Below the pieces are notes generated by a model, which was not told the DNA's origin, did no database searches, and saw nothing but the letters and a program-made list of their open reading frames with translations. Below are positions 35,001-50,000 of a stretch of 64,000 nucleotides of DNA, in pieces (position 1 is the first letter of the stretch; every line of letters starts with the position of its first letter). Source of the stretch: Camelus ferus (Eukaryota); contig NC_045697.1 in NCBI RefSeq assembly GCF_009834535.1, forward strand, positions 99,882,001 to 99,946,000. Direction: 5' to 3'. The translations under genes were made by a program, and so were the position numbers.

Positions 35001-38000
35001 ACATTTTTCCTCCATGAAACAAAGAGGGACCCCTTCTTTACGGCTAGCCGACTTACACCGAGCCATTAACTACAGAGTTTTATGTGTATGAACAGAACAC
35101 GAATGAGTAGAGACTTCACCGTCAAGGGCTGAATGCGGCTGGTGAGGGCACTGCTGTCCACTCCCTCGGTCAGGCTGCTGGGCTGCACAGAGTGCATCGC
35201 TATCCAGCTATGAAACCTGAATCTCTCTGCACCCACATCAGAGGCATGCAGAGATGGTACTAAATTGAAAACTGATCACTGATTTACGCAGGCATTCAAC
35301 ATGCATGTTTGGAACACCTATCAGGGGGAGACTAGACTCGGCATTTAGCGAAACAAAAGTAAATAAAACTTTTTATTTTATTTATCATCACATTCTCTGA
35401 TCCTGAGGTCTGTCAGTGTCCCGTTCAGATCTTTATGTTTGTCCCTTTATGTCTGTCCCTGAACTACTGTTGCAGTCCTCAACACAGCCAAGTTTAGTTC
35501 TGGAAGTAAGAGGCACTGTATACAAGAAACCAGCCAGTTAGAGATAGTGATAAAATTGGTACCTGTACAAAAGGCATCTTTTTAAGACTTTCTCTATCAA
35601 TTGCCACATTTGTACCTCTGATGTTGGTAATGACAGCTATGACAAAAGTATTTTTTTCTAGAAGGAAAAACATTCTACACTGCTGTATTTATTAACATAA
35701 TATTTTCTTACTCAGGATCAAGATTGGTAATGGGCTGAATTAGAAATGGAAATAACAGAAATTTAAACAATTAGGCTTTTGCTCAGACATCTGAGCAGCT
35801 TTGGTCTTATTCTAGCTACCTATCTCTCTTCAATAAAAAGTGCCCTAGCTTAGTATAGAAAGCTATTAGGATGCTTTAATATAGTTTAATATAGGAAATT
35901 ATAATTTACAAGAGTTTCAGGCAGAATTTAAACTTGATTGCTGTTGTTCTAATGAATATTATAAAGTGATCCCCTGTTTTTTAAGTCCAGGGAGACGTCT
36001 AAAATATTGTATGGAGTGGAAGAAAGCTAAAAGATCAACTTAAATGAGTTCTACAAACACCTTTATTTTTCATATTCAGCACTCCATTTTTATACTCTCA
36101 GCTCTGTCTTCCTGTTTATGCATGTTGGCACTCATGCTGTCCCTTCATAATTTAACAGAAGAATCTAGAACTCACTGAATTATTCAACTCCTTTATTTCC
36201 CTGAATGTACACAAGTTTTCTTTGAAACTCACCTTGAAAAGAGCATAAAGTTCCTCCAGCTCATCAATGGTAAAGGAAGTTTCTGTCACAATAGTTCGTA
36301 CCTATAAGAAGAATAAACACAATGAATTTCATAAACTCAAAAATATCCTAATGGGAAAAGTTCCTGATTTTCTCCTTTTAAATCATCTTCAGTCTGTCAG
36401 ACAGGAATTTATGAGTCGCCAGGAGTGCAGGGAAGGACGGAGAAGGAAGGCCACGTGCCGTTTCTCGAAGGACTCACCACATTCCGCTTCGTGGTATCCT
36501 CCAGTGTCTGGATCACCTTCAGTCTCTGTTTGAATCTCATCTGCTCAATGAGATCTGCCCGGATAGTTCCAAATTTCTGGAAAGGAGCAATATTGACAGG
36601 TCTGAGAAATCTGCTAAAGCACACAGTGCCCTTTCAGCAGGACTGATGGAGGCACAGCCCTGATACACACAGGAAATATCCTGTCCAGTCAGAGGCCTCC
36701 TAGACCACATCTTGATTTACTGTATTATCTTTGTTTATTTTAAAACCATTTAACAGCCATCAATAAATAACAGAAAATTCTCGTGCTTCTTACCAGCTGA
36801 ACTAAATTTCAAAGCCAAATGAGTCTCACACAGCACAGTTTGTAAGGAAGAAAAGGGTTAAATAAGGCTACAAGGACCATTTGTGTATTAAAAAATGCTT
36901 TAAAGGAAGAACTTTCTTGACAGGAAGAAAAGAACTATCTATGGCCAACTGTCAAACTGGGAGGTTGGAAGGGATGTTGGTGTGAGGCTCCTTGTCTAGA
37001 CCTCAAGTTCAACAGCATTTGTCTCTGGGTGGCAGACGCTGAGGGCTAGCTACCTTTTCAAACTCCAAAATGCCTAGCATTGCCTGAATGTTTATTGAAC
37101 TACATTTCAAAAGCCAAATGAGCCTTCCAAGTAGAAGGCAGAGAAAGATGTAAGGTTTCCTCTCCCTTAGTGGTATGGAAGAAAAACAAAGAAATTCTGC
37201 CTCAAGTGCAACTCATGGAAGCAATGCTGCAATGGTCAAACACGTGTAAAGGGTACAAGAAGAGCTGACAGACAACAGCAAGTGTTGACAAAGGCATGGT
37301 GCAGCCAAAACTCTCATGTGCTGTTGCTCAGCGTATTAACTGGTACTACCATTTTGGAAATCCATCTGGCAGTATCCACTAAATCTAAACAGATACATAC
37401 CTATGACGCAGAAGCTCCTCTCCTAAGTATACCCCAAAAAAAGTGTATATATATATTTTTACCAAAAGACATACACTAGAATATTCCTAGTGCCACTACT
37501 AGCCAAAAGCCAGAACCACTCAAATCTTCATTAACAGTAGCACAGATAAATACATTGTAGTATTGTCACACCATGGATTACTAAGCAGCAATGGAAATGA
37601 GCAATTTGGTTCATAATGCTGAGCAAAATAAACCAGAACCCAAAGAGCACATTCTGTGTAATTCCATTTACATGAAGTTCAAAAACAAAATTAATCTATG
37701 GTGCTAAAAGTCAGGAGAATTATTAACCTTGCTTGGGTGGATAGGGACAGGAAGGGGACACAAAGGGCACTTTTGGGGTGTGGTATTGATCTGGAAAATG
37801 GTCACATGGGTACGTTAAATGGACAGTTTGAAGAGTGCTTTTGCACATCCATACTGTGGCATATTACACAGAAATTTTAAAAAAAGAAAACTAATGTTGA
37901 TGTAGACAATGACTTGGATGAACCTCAAAGAACTCATGCTGAATGAAAAAAGTGAATGAAATGAAGTAAGCCAGAAAGAGAAAGAAAAATATCATATGAT

Positions 38001-41000
38001 ATCATTCATATGTGATATGTGAAATCTAAAAAAAAAAAAAAAAAAGACACTATGAACTCATTTACAAAACAGAAACAGACTTGCAGATTTAGTAAACAAT
38101 CTTATGGTTATCAGGGAATGGGGGTGGGAGGCGATCAATTTGGGAGTTTGTGATTTGCAAATGTTTGCCACTATATATAAAAATAGATTTTAAAAAAGTT
38201 TCTTTTTTATAGCACAGGGAACTATGTTCAATATCTTGTAATAAACTTTAATGGAAAAAAATATGAAAATGAATATATGTACGTATATGCATGACTGGGA
38301 CACTTTGCTGTACACCAGAGAAAGACACATTGTAATTGTACTTCAATAAAAAAAAACATTATAAAGGGGCACAGAGCTTGAAAGGGGAGAGAGAAAAAAA
38401 AAGACAAATCTTAAAAGGATACATATTGCATATTTCTATTTATGTAACAATCATGAAATAACATGATTATAGAGATGGAGAACAGGAGAGGGAGAATAGA
38501 CTAATGGTTGCTGGTGTTAGCCGGGGGGTGAGGGAGGAGTGGGTGTGGCTGTGAAGGAGTAACACTAGAGGTGAGGGTGCAGCTGAGTGCCTTGGCTGTG
38601 ATGGGAGTTACACAAGGCGATGCACAGAGCCACAGACACACACACACAAATGAGTGCATGCAGAATTGATGAAACCTGAATAAGCCCTGTGGATTGGGCC
38701 AATGTCAATGTCTTGGTTTTGATTTCATATGGAGGTTGTTTGGGATGTTAGCACTGGGGAGGAAGCGACTTGGGGAGAAAAGGCATGTGACTTCCCTGTA
38801 CGTTTCTTTGCTATCTCTTATAAATCGATTATGATTTAAAAATTAAAGCGGCTTTTTGTTTGTTTTGTTTTTTGAAGTTATGATGAAACATTTTATGACA
38901 GAAAATGATGAAGGAATCTGAAAAGTAAGCGACCATCAGGCAGCTGAGAAATTACCTTTGAATCTAAGACTACTGTGGGTATAGAGAGAGAACACTAGCT
39001 TTTTGAAATCATGAAATGAGGCCTAGCATTATCTAGCTAAGTCACATGTGAGAGACACCCCATGGCTGTCACACAGACAGTCACACCAAGATCCACACCA
39101 AGATCCACAGATCTGCTCTCCCTGCATGCAGAAAATTCAAAATTTCAACTGAGCATCCGGACACCCAGCAAACGAGCACATTTCCACCCTCCCCTTCTGT
39201 GCCAGGTGGCTTGTTTCTGGCCAAAATAATGTGAGCACAAGTGACTGAGGAGGGCCCATTAAGGGAAAGGGGTAGACACTCCCTGTCTCCTTCCTGCAGG
39301 GAGGAGACACTCCTCAAGAGTGAACTAAAAGAAGCCCGAGTCCCTGGTGCCGCTGAGCTCCACACCGGCCCTGAACTGCCTTGCTGGCTCAGAGTGAGAG
39401 GAAAACAAATTTCTATCGTGCTGACCTCTACTTTGGGGTCTGCTGTATGACAGCCTGGCCTGTGCTCCAACTAATACAAGAGCTAAAACCTATAAACTGC
39501 TTACTATGGACTATGGTGTTTGGCATAAATTTACATGTTTTGTGTTCATTCCATTTAATCTGACTCTCCTGGTTCTGTTTATGCCTCACTGGCTACTCCC
39601 TTTCTGTCTCCTCTGCACATCCCCCTCCATCCTGAAACCTTGGGGAACTCCAGGCTGAGTCTTAAAACCTCTTTTCTCCATCAACACTGACTCCCCAGGG
39701 ACTCCCAGCACTGTTCACTGCCTCTCCTGTCACCACTGTGGTCTAAGCCACTACCGTCTCTTACAACAGTCCCCACACGGATCTTCGAGGCCCTCTACCT
39801 TCATTTTTCCCCTAGAAGCAAGAGTGGTCTTTCTAAAACCTGTGTCAGATGTACTGCTCCCTTGCTTTCAACTCCAGTGGTTTCACAGCTCACTCAGCGT
39901 CAAATTCCAAGTCTGACCAAGGCCCACAGCCCCCACCTTCCCCCTCCCTCCCCCAGCTAGCTCTCCATCACCTGCCACCACCCTTTCCTCACCCCGTCCA
40001 GGCACAATGGCCTCAGCTGTCCCTCAGACACACCATGCTGGCTCCGCTGCCAGCGGGGGCCTCTGCCCTGGCCACCCCCTCTTGCCTGGAAATTGCTTCT
40101 CTCAGACACCATGCACTGGTGTCCCCATGTCACCTGTGTCTCTGCTAAATGTCACTTCACCAGACACGCAGAGAAACTGCGCTCCCTATCTTTTCACCCG
40201 TTGTGTTCTTTCTGACTTGTCTGCCTCTCGCCCTGTACTATGAGGGTAGAGAGTGGACAGTCTGATTCACAGCAAGGGCTCAACACATGTTGGCTGAACA
40301 CACTGAATCCTCAGCAGGAAAGACGTGCTCTTCTTACCTGCATTTCAGAAACGAGGGAATGGATGTTTACCAAATCATTAACTTGCCCAAGGCTGCAGAG
40401 CTGTGCAGCCAGGTGTGAATGCAGGCTGTCCGATGCTAGGGTTCGCACCCAGAGCCCGACCTCTGGGGGGCGCCCCAGGGGTTCACCTCTCTGACTTCCT
40501 CCAAGCACGGCTGGTGCTCAGTGATGCCTTGGTCTGCCAGATTCAGTAAATAAAGTACAGGAGATACAGGGTGCCCAGTCACATTACTGATTCAGATAAG
40601 CAATGAATAACTGTCTCCTCTAATATTAGTCCTGTGTTTTATCTGACAACCCTAGAGACAGTATCTCCCTACAGGTGGCTCCACGTGGTGGACTCTGAAC
40701 TATGTAATTTAGAATTTCCCCAAACTGCGGTTTACAGCTAAAGACCCCACCTTTCTAGTACTTTCTACCTGTTTTGAAAGAGAATTGAGTTTTGACTCAG
40801 GCATCCCTTTCTGATAACTAAGACAGGATAGTGCACTGATATCTTGAAAGCTGACCAGTGAAATCTCTCACCACTTACGTGGTAAGAGGGTTTTGACCTA
40901 ATGAATGCAGGGTTTATGGAAGAAATGTCTCCTCTCCAGAGAAGCAGCTTCTAATGACCAAGTAAGAATTCTCTTGACAGTAAAGAAAGATGCAATACAC

Positions 41001-44000
41001 TTATTTCCACTGAGAAGCCAGAATGCAGAGGTGGTTGGTAGGAGCTACCACTGGTGATGGAAAATATCACCTTTAATTCTCTCTGGGGTTATTACACCTT
41101 TGAAGGGGAAAGTTACCAGGGAAGGTAACTCTTCTGATCCTAACGGAAGGGTGGGGAGCATCCACTGCCAAGTTCACGCTGAAGATGTAGGACTGGGTTT
41201 ACCTCAAACCGCGCCACAGTGTGCCTCTGATCAGCCAAAAACATCAGCTGTGAGGAAGAAGGAAACTAAATTTCCTGGCATCTACAACTGGCAGGGACGT
41301 TAACCATGTCATGGGCTCCTTACAATAACTCACTCCTTGTGAGTTGGTCCTGTTACTTCCATTATACAGATGGTAAAACCAAGGTCCAGAGAGGTTATGT
41401 AAGCTGCCTGGAGTCCCACAGGGGCTGCGCTGTAATGTGAGGCCCAGCCACCGGCTTCATAACTCCACTACTTCCTGTCCCCCCAGCCAATAGGTTCTTC
41501 CTTGTGTCTGGGGAGAAGAGAACATAAACTTTGGAGCTAGACAAAATCTGATCTGAATTTTTGTTCTTTCACTGGGCCATTCAGTTGAGTCTTCTGACTC
41601 CCAGTTTCTTCCTCTGTAAAATGAAACCCCAAATGTGTCCTTGTGGAACCGCCTTTAGAAATAAAAATATAGTAATATATAAAGTACAAAAAAAATTAAA
41701 AATAAAGTACAAATAATAGTAACTAGTAGTAGACATTGGCGTGGTGATCTCTGCAGATTGCTAAAGAGAGAGTTCTTTCCCCTAAGCCTGATATAATTTA
41801 TATTTAATTGACATCTGTTTCTCAACTAGAAATGGGCCCAGCTGTCTGCTAGGCAGGGCCAGGGACTGGCCATGGACAGAACACAATGGAACACATACAA
41901 ATGTTTAAAAACGGAAATGGACCACAGAATCTGGATAGTAGAAATGACGCCTTCTTTTGGTTTCAGTTTCGCTGTGGTCAGCAGGTTTGTTCAGATCATT
42001 CCATGGACTTCGGCCTAAACTAAGAATTTTTTTTTTAAGCTCCAGCATTTAAATATTTCTAAGTCCTCTCTCTGGAGGACTTAGAAAGGAGGGACCTATT
42101 GCACTTGGTGAAGCCTGGCCCTTGTGGTGTCTTTCAAATGTGTATGTATCTGTTTTCCATCAGCCCTGCCTTCCCATCAATGCGAAGGAAAGCTTGGGAG
42201 GATGAAGGAAATCACAAAGAGGTGCCCAGCACCGGAAGGGGACTGCTTGTCCCACCCAGGAATGCTCTAGGGGTGGGAAGGGCCACAGAGCATAAAACCG
42301 GGAACTTGGGACAGACTTGTCTCCACCTCATTCCCATATCTGATCCTCCTGCTCCTCATCTGGAAATCTGCGGGGGGGGGGGGAGGGGGGGGGGAACGTC
42401 ACGCAAGGGTGGGTGAGGTGGTACGAAACAAAGGTCTGCAAACCTAAGACTTAGTTGCTGTCAGCAACCAGTGGGGAAAGCAGCACAGAGAGGAGGGTCT
42501 GCCTGCACTGAAAATTGCTTCTCAGCTCACAAAGATGTTAGGAATTAGACTGGAGAGTTAGACACAGGCCACAAAAATGTACAGAGAAACACAGAGTTGG
42601 AGAAGAGATAGAAATGAAGATGGCTAATTTGTTTATTGTTTAAGGAAGGGGGGATTTTAGGAAATTTAAATAACGTTAGGCTCTCTGATGCCCATCAGTG
42701 AATTTTGTTTGTTAGAAAGAGCATAATTCAATTAATGAATCGGTTCTTTTCATGGAACTGAAATTCCTCGGGAATTGCCCTTGTTTGGGGATGATGGGAA
42801 ATGCTTGTTTGGAAATGCTGGCTCCTGGATCTACTGAGCCAACTTTTCTTTGCCTTGTTTTTAGCATTTCAGTCTGTCAGTAGCCCCTTCAAAAAGGTGA
42901 GGGGCAGGGGAGAAGAGACCACCACCCCGTTGTTCTCATGGCCCGTTTTCCTTTAGAAGATCTCCAGAAATAGCCAGGCCGGAACTTGGAATTTATGATT
43001 TCCTTTTAGGCTGGGACCGTTTGCACCAGATGTCCTAATTCTATAGTCCATTTCTGTTTTTAAATAAGACTAGGTCGTGGGAATTATGCCCAAAGTGCCT
43101 TTTACATGTTTCTTAGTTTATGGGGTGCTTATTTTCCCAGTATACAGAATGGGGTTCACTCCCGTTAGCCAGAGGGCTGAGCCCCATTCACACTGAACAG
43201 TCCTTTCTGTATGAGAAGGTCTCCAAATGCCCAGAGCAGACAGTGAGGCTCTGCCTTGGAAGACCGCGTGGAGAGACAGGAGAAATGGTGGGTGGGGGAC
43301 ATGCGGGTCTTTGGATTTCCAGAAAACAGCATAAAGTTACAAGAGGCTGAGCCCAAGATGGGAGAGAGATTCTCAAATACAGCTGAAGGGGCGTTCCCCC
43401 CAGCTCCACCCTGCCTTGTTCTGTGGTGGTGGCACCTGTGTGTACCTGTGTGCTCACGTGCCGGGGTAGGGGATGGGGAAGGTGTTTGGGTGGAGGAAAG
43501 AGCAGGACAAGAAAGAAGAAGATAGGAGGGGACCAGTATATGCAGTCAGTGCAAGGATTCTGCTTGTTGGAGTCCCACGTCTGCTGAGCGGGCTGCCCTC
43601 TAAGGCCCTCTGAGCTTAAGTCTCCACTCACAGCAATATCCAGACCTATGGGACACCTTTGTAACTCTGCCAGAAAGCAGGCCCATATTTTGTAACTACT
43701 CTGAGGCTCCTCAAAGGACTATGTCATCTGAAGTCTCTGCCGAGCAGAAAGGGCTCAAAAAGCCATTGTCACATTAAGTAAATATGAACATTACACAAAA
43801 CATGTTAGCGTCAGTGTCAGATATGCTCTGTGCACTGCCTGCATATTAGCTGTGGGTTGAACATGCTGGTTGAAACACAAGAAATAATGAGAAGCACATT
43901 AGAGATAAACAGACTTGGGATCTGAAGCCCTGCTCCAATTTACTGAGGAACCTTGGGCAAGTTACTTAACCTCTCTAAGCTGCCATTCTATTATCTGTAA

Positions 44001-47000
44001 AGGGCATTAACACATCATCTGACTCTCAGGCCTGTGATCGTTAATTTTGACAAGGCATGGAAAACTCTAAGCACAATGCCCAGTATCATTTTAATATTTA
44101 CCTAGAAGTGATTGAAAAGTTGCAGAAATTATAAACAGGCTAGAAAGTTCATGATATGTATTGTTTGGCCCAGGAAGTATTTTTGAAAATTAGGATAATT
44201 AAAATCAAGACCTCCAACTTCTCTTGAAAAACCAAAAGTTCTGGCAACAATGGTTCCCCATCTCAGGTGGCAAAGAGACTACCCCCATCCAGCAGGCCTT
44301 TGCTGTCTGGTGCCCTGAGGACCACCTTTTCCCACCCCCACCACCGCCCCTCACTTGGTGTTCGCCTCATGTGCGTGGCCCCATAGTCATGCTAACTTAC
44401 AACAGACCGTTTTCTTTAAATACACACCATTCACGTTCAGCTTCATTAAGACATACTTTTGACAACTGGGCATTGTAGAAAGGGCACCGTTTTGTGTTCA
44501 GATTTGGAGGCAAGTCCCAGATACCACAGAAATTTCACAAATTGATGTTCCTCGGCTTGCTTATCAGCAAGAAAGGGAAAATTATTTTCTGCCTGTTTGG
44601 GTTGGTGAAAGGATTTTATGCACTACTCAGGAAGAGCAAGCAGCATGATTGCTGTGAACTGTTCCCGGTGTTACCAGCGAAAGGAGGAGGGAGAAGAGGA
44701 GGAAGAGGAAGAAAAGCACGAATCTTTAAATCAGGCAAAATGTGCTAATGTTATAACTGAGGGTCCACTGACAACTGGTGATAACTATTATACAGGTCTA
44801 TGTGGTTTCTGAAGGATCAACAAACTTGTACAAGTTACACTTGGAAATCAAAGCTATGCATTAGCAAAAAATGTCATGCCCCAAATGCTTATTAGAGATA
44901 TATTATGAAGAGTCTATGAGTGAAATAATATGAGGTCTGGAGTTTGCTTTAAAATATATCAGAAAAAAAAAGAAGGCATTAGATGAAACAGAGATCGGGA
45001 AGATGTTGTTTACTGCTGGGACTGGGCGATGGGTTAATGGAAATGCATTATATTATCCTTTTGACTTATACTGTGCTTGAAAATATCTACACATTAAAAG
45101 TAAAGAAAGAAGAAAATTCACACCAAATTCTCACCAATTCACATCTCCGAGGCCAAGCATTATGAAATTTTAAAGATTTTCTGAATAAATGAATAGACAC
45201 ACACTGTTTTTTGCATCTCTTGGGTCTTCTCTCACTGACATAACTGTAGTATCTCCCTTCTTAGTCTATTCTTTTAGTTCTCCCCACTCAATTTATTGCA
45301 CAGGGAGTCTCAGAAATAATGTACTTGAAGGAAATCTCCCCTTAGTTTCCAGTGGCTGTTGGGGGCCTTGCAAATCGATTAGTGGTTTCAAGACTCCCCA
45401 CTAACCAGTCTGTATTGGACCAACTGACCTCATGCCCATACGTATGTCTTCAATTCCATCTCTGTTCTATCCAGACAAATCCTATTGGCTCTGGATTTAA
45501 TGCCAGGGCACTTTATTTGGCTCCTGACTCTGCCACTTTCTGTGTCTTTGAAAAACTAGCTCAACCTCTCTGAACTTACATTTTCACCTTAAAGTGTATT
45601 AACATTCACCTGGTGGGGCTGTCTGGGAAGTGCCGGCAGGCTCTCCATGAGTGGCAGCTATTTTTGTCATCATTAGTAAGCCCGACACATTATTCTGAGC
45701 TTTCAAAACTGTCTGTCCTTCTGCACAAACTACTCCTTGTGTTTTGTCAGCCACCTCTTTTGCCTGCTTAACATTTCTGAGATTAAACCCACCAGGCTGG
45801 GTCATCTTGAACAAGAAGAACCTCTGGTCGTGTGTCTGCTGTAAGGGCTTTTATTAACGTGCCCCAGTGCCTTCCAGAGGCTCGTCTCAGTCTGTGAGTC
45901 AGCCTTGAAGGCTGGGACTGGGTCTTCTCCTTCTGTGTAGCTCTAACGAAAGTGCAGCGCCTCGCACACAGGCCCACACAGAAGAAAACTGTCTCTCAAA
46001 TGGTCCGTACAACTCCTTCCAGCAGGAGCTTGGGAGAACTTAACGATGATGGAGATTTTTCCTACAAGGCATTTATGAGCAGAGTCATCTCTACGCATCA
46101 GGAGAAGGCTGACCAACGGGCAGCCACCTGGGGCACCCCTGCTCAGATCTCAAGGCTGAATGTGCTTTTGGTATTTTTCCTGTTTCTAGTTTCCTGATGA
46201 TCCTGAAGCACAGAAAGAAAGAAGTAGCATGTCTCAGAACCCGGTGTCATGCCACGGTCCAAACCAGGTTATAACCGGCGTCTGCGTCTAAGTGCCCCAT
46301 TCTGCGTCTAGGGCAGCTCTGCATTCTGCGTTCTCAGCCTTCACCGGGCTCTGCCATTACCTGGGAACTTTTAAAAAATACTCATTCTTAGGCCTTATGC
46401 CAGAGATACAGATTTAACTGGTCTAGAATGGAGCCTAGAAATTTATATTTTTAAAAGTTTGGCTTTAAGAAAAAGTTTGAGTGATTTTAATGCACAGGCA
46501 GAACCACCAACCTAACAGCTAGGAGGGGAAGAAAGGCAAGGTCTGTAGTGTTTTCTTTAGGACGATCTATAGGGCATCGGGAAGCCACTGGAAACTGATG
46601 AGCAGAATGGCAACACTAAGCAGAGAAAATAAAAAACCAGTCGTCATGCGTTGAAAGACCCAGTAATGTAGGCTCTGGTACAAATACACGGGGCTGTCTT
46701 TCCAGGCAAAGGAAGGAAACCGCTGCTGTGACTGCGATAGGATGTCTGGCAGCCTATGGCCACCGTAAGGGACCAGCCAGACAGGATGGAAGTGGAAACC
46801 AGCCCTGGTCGTGGCTCCATTCTCCTCTCTCTCTCATTAAAAATGGGCCAGGCGCTGACCTCAGCAAGATGTTCGCTTATCTGCTGTCAAGAACAAAGCT
46901 GAGTTTCCACATACCAAGCTTTATTACTTTGGTCTAGAATTCTCTTCACAATAAAGGTTTTAGGAGACGCCTTTAGAAAAAACACCCCCAGCTACAATAA

Positions 47001-50000
47001 TAACTATCGCCTTTAATCACATGGGCTCTTTTTCTGGAAAAACAATCATCCAAAATTTCTGACAGAGGACCATCCACAAGTCCTAGGGCAATGATTCATT
47101 TTTTAAATGCATTATGATGATAACCAGTTTTGGAGAGGATGAAGTGAAACAGCCATCCTTAATCTCTACTAGAGGAAATATAATTTGGGACAATTTTTAC
47201 AGAAAATTGTGCCAGGAGCTTGGAAATAATTGATACTTTTTGATCCTCTGCTGTGAATCTATTCCTAAGAACGGACTCTAAGAAAATAATCAGAGATGTG
47301 TTGCTTGTGTACAAGTTTATCATATAATATATAATATCATACATATCATATAATAGATATACATGGAATAATAGCATGTGAATTTGCCATATGGTACTGA
47401 AAATGTGAAAATAAACGAAGAAAATGTCCAACAAAAAGGACCAGCCAAGTAAGTTTTGACACCTCATGAAAGCAGAATATTAAGAATCTATGAAAATCTG
47501 CAAACAATACATTAAATATTAGAGAATGCTGGTGATATATTTAAAGTGAAAATGGACTGTTACAAAACACTTTTCAGTAGAAACTTGTTTTTAAGCGTAA
47601 AATGCAAATATAAAAACCTTTTTGAGGGAAATATGGTGAGATGCTCACAGGATACAGTTTTTTCCTTGATATTTTCCCACAGTTTCTACATTTTTTATTA
47701 TTAACATACACAAATTTTATAATTTTAAAACATAGCAAAAATGTTTTGTTTACAATGTATATGGGGTACCAACAAAAAGTTTTTTTAAATAATAAATTAC
47801 CAGTCTTTCTCCCATTATGAGTTAAGGATGCATATTTCTGAAAAGGCTTCCAGAGCCGTACCAATTTTTTTTTAAAGCACCACATTTTTCCAAGTGCTAA
47901 ACTAAAGAAACTTGGTTTTTTAAAATCTATTTTTATATATAGTGGTTAACATTGGCAAATCTCAAACTCTCAAATTTATCCCTTCCCACCCCCTTCCCCT
48001 CAGGAACTGTAAGATTATTTACTACGTCTGTGAATCTGTTTCTGTTCTGTAGATGATGAGTTCATTAGTGTCTTGTAATAACCTTTAATGAAAAAAAAAT
48101 GAAACGAATATATGCATGTATATGCAGAAAAAAAAAGCACCACATTTTTACTCTGTTTAAGTGAGACTTTATGACCTCAGCCTGTCCCTCACCATTTCTC
48201 CCTTATCCAGGTTGTTGCTCATTGAAATGCTGACGATCACTGGTCACACGATCCCAAAACACCTACAGACGGCACAGTGCTCTCAGCAGAACATTCACAC
48301 TCTTTCTTAACGATCAGGAAGTGAACAAACCAGGAGGCGTTACGGGCACTGAGCCTGCAGGGCTCTACACACCCCGAGTGCTGAGGGGTACGCAGCGTGC
48401 TGGGTCCTTCTCCCCTGGACGCCTGTTAGTTCTATTCTGGGATTCAAGACCAGGTCTGGGGGCATCAAGGACCGGGAGGCGCCCTCCCAACCCAGGCCAA
48501 GCAACTTTGGAGGAATCCTAGGACTCTGGTTCTTCTCCAGGATGCTCTAGAGTATTCTACATGCCTCGGACTGAAAAGGATTGGCTTGTCTGCTTCCCAG
48601 AAGATCTAAGGACTTGACATGAGCACAGGAAGTGAACTGATTTGTACAGGTCAACCTCCCCACTCCTGCTTTCAACAGCCCCTCCCCAACCAGAGCTGAA
48701 CACAAGCTGCTGCGTGATCAGGCGTCAGGGTGGGCACAGCACAGAGCTGCTCATGCCACTTGTTCCGTGGTGCTAGACCCCCTCAGCTCAAAGCTGGCAG
48801 GTGGCAGGTAGCTGCTTGCTTCAGCAACAAGTTCTCAGAAGGTGGAAGGAAGCAAGTATACCCTGGGTTAGCAATGAAGTGTGTGGCCCCGTCTGATTGA
48901 GCCCCTCCTAGCACTCAGAGTGCTGGAACACTCAGGCAGGAAACCAGACCTACCTCATAGGACGTTCTGATGAGTCTGAAGATGTCGACCTCCGGGTAGG
49001 GCTCCACGTCATCACTGAGCAGGGAGTGGAGGTGAGGGATGGGAGGCAGCGTGCTGTCTTTATTGGTCACGCTGTCCAAGTATCTGGAAGAAGGAATCGG
49101 GAGTCACTGGGAGGCTAACCTGGAATTTCCCCTTTTACAGTTGTCCAGCCATTTTCTCCAAATTCTGCACATTAAAACAAAGGACTAGAATTTCCTTAAG
49201 AGCAGAATGAAATTCCCTTCACTAAAAGACAGAGCATATGAAAATAAATCCTCGGCCGCAGAGAGAAGTGGGCATTTTGACTCATGAATTATGTGGGCAA
49301 TGAAGACTCATGAAACCAAGGAGACAGACAGATGGAGAGCACAGGGAAGAAACCCCAGAGGTGGTTCTCCAAGTGAGAAATACCTTCCCAGAACGGTCAT
49401 GGCCTCCCCGTCATCCTTGCAGTTCAAAAGTTTGTCCACATTTGCATCCAGCACAGCCAGGGCCAACTGGAATATCACTTTGATTCCTTCATAGAAGAAA
49501 CAGTCGACAACCACAACTGCACTCTCAAACGGCATCACGCTGAGAAATAGGGTGAGGAACCAGGACAGGGAGATGGTGGAAATCACGCCCAGGTCCTGCA
49601 TGCAGTCGTACAGCTGCGGGACATAGTCTCGGGCGAGCTCCTCGAAGACACCCTGGTCCACCAGGGCACCTGTAGCGGGGGTGGACACCAGAGGTCATGG
49701 GTTAACCTACTACAGCTTCTCACGAATGCACCCAATCCAATGGCCTGACTAAAACCAGCCAGTTCACAATTGCTGCCGAGACAGAACTCCAGTTACTACG
49801 TTACTGGACCAACATGTCGGCACAGCCAAGTCACCAGAGGAGTTCTGGCTGCCTCTTCTCTTCCTGGGAGGTCTTCCTGTCCTGGCTGTCTACCAGAAAG
49901 GAGCAATAGCATGACAATTACAAAGACTGTTGGAAGGGTCAGTTTACAAAATTTTCATGACACACAATTCTTTATTTTGTTGGCAACATAAATGGTTAGG

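Noticed and set aside
40460-40473. CTCF-like CCTCTGGGGGGCGC
   Set aside because: Two mismatches, including the core A, so too weak to call without data.
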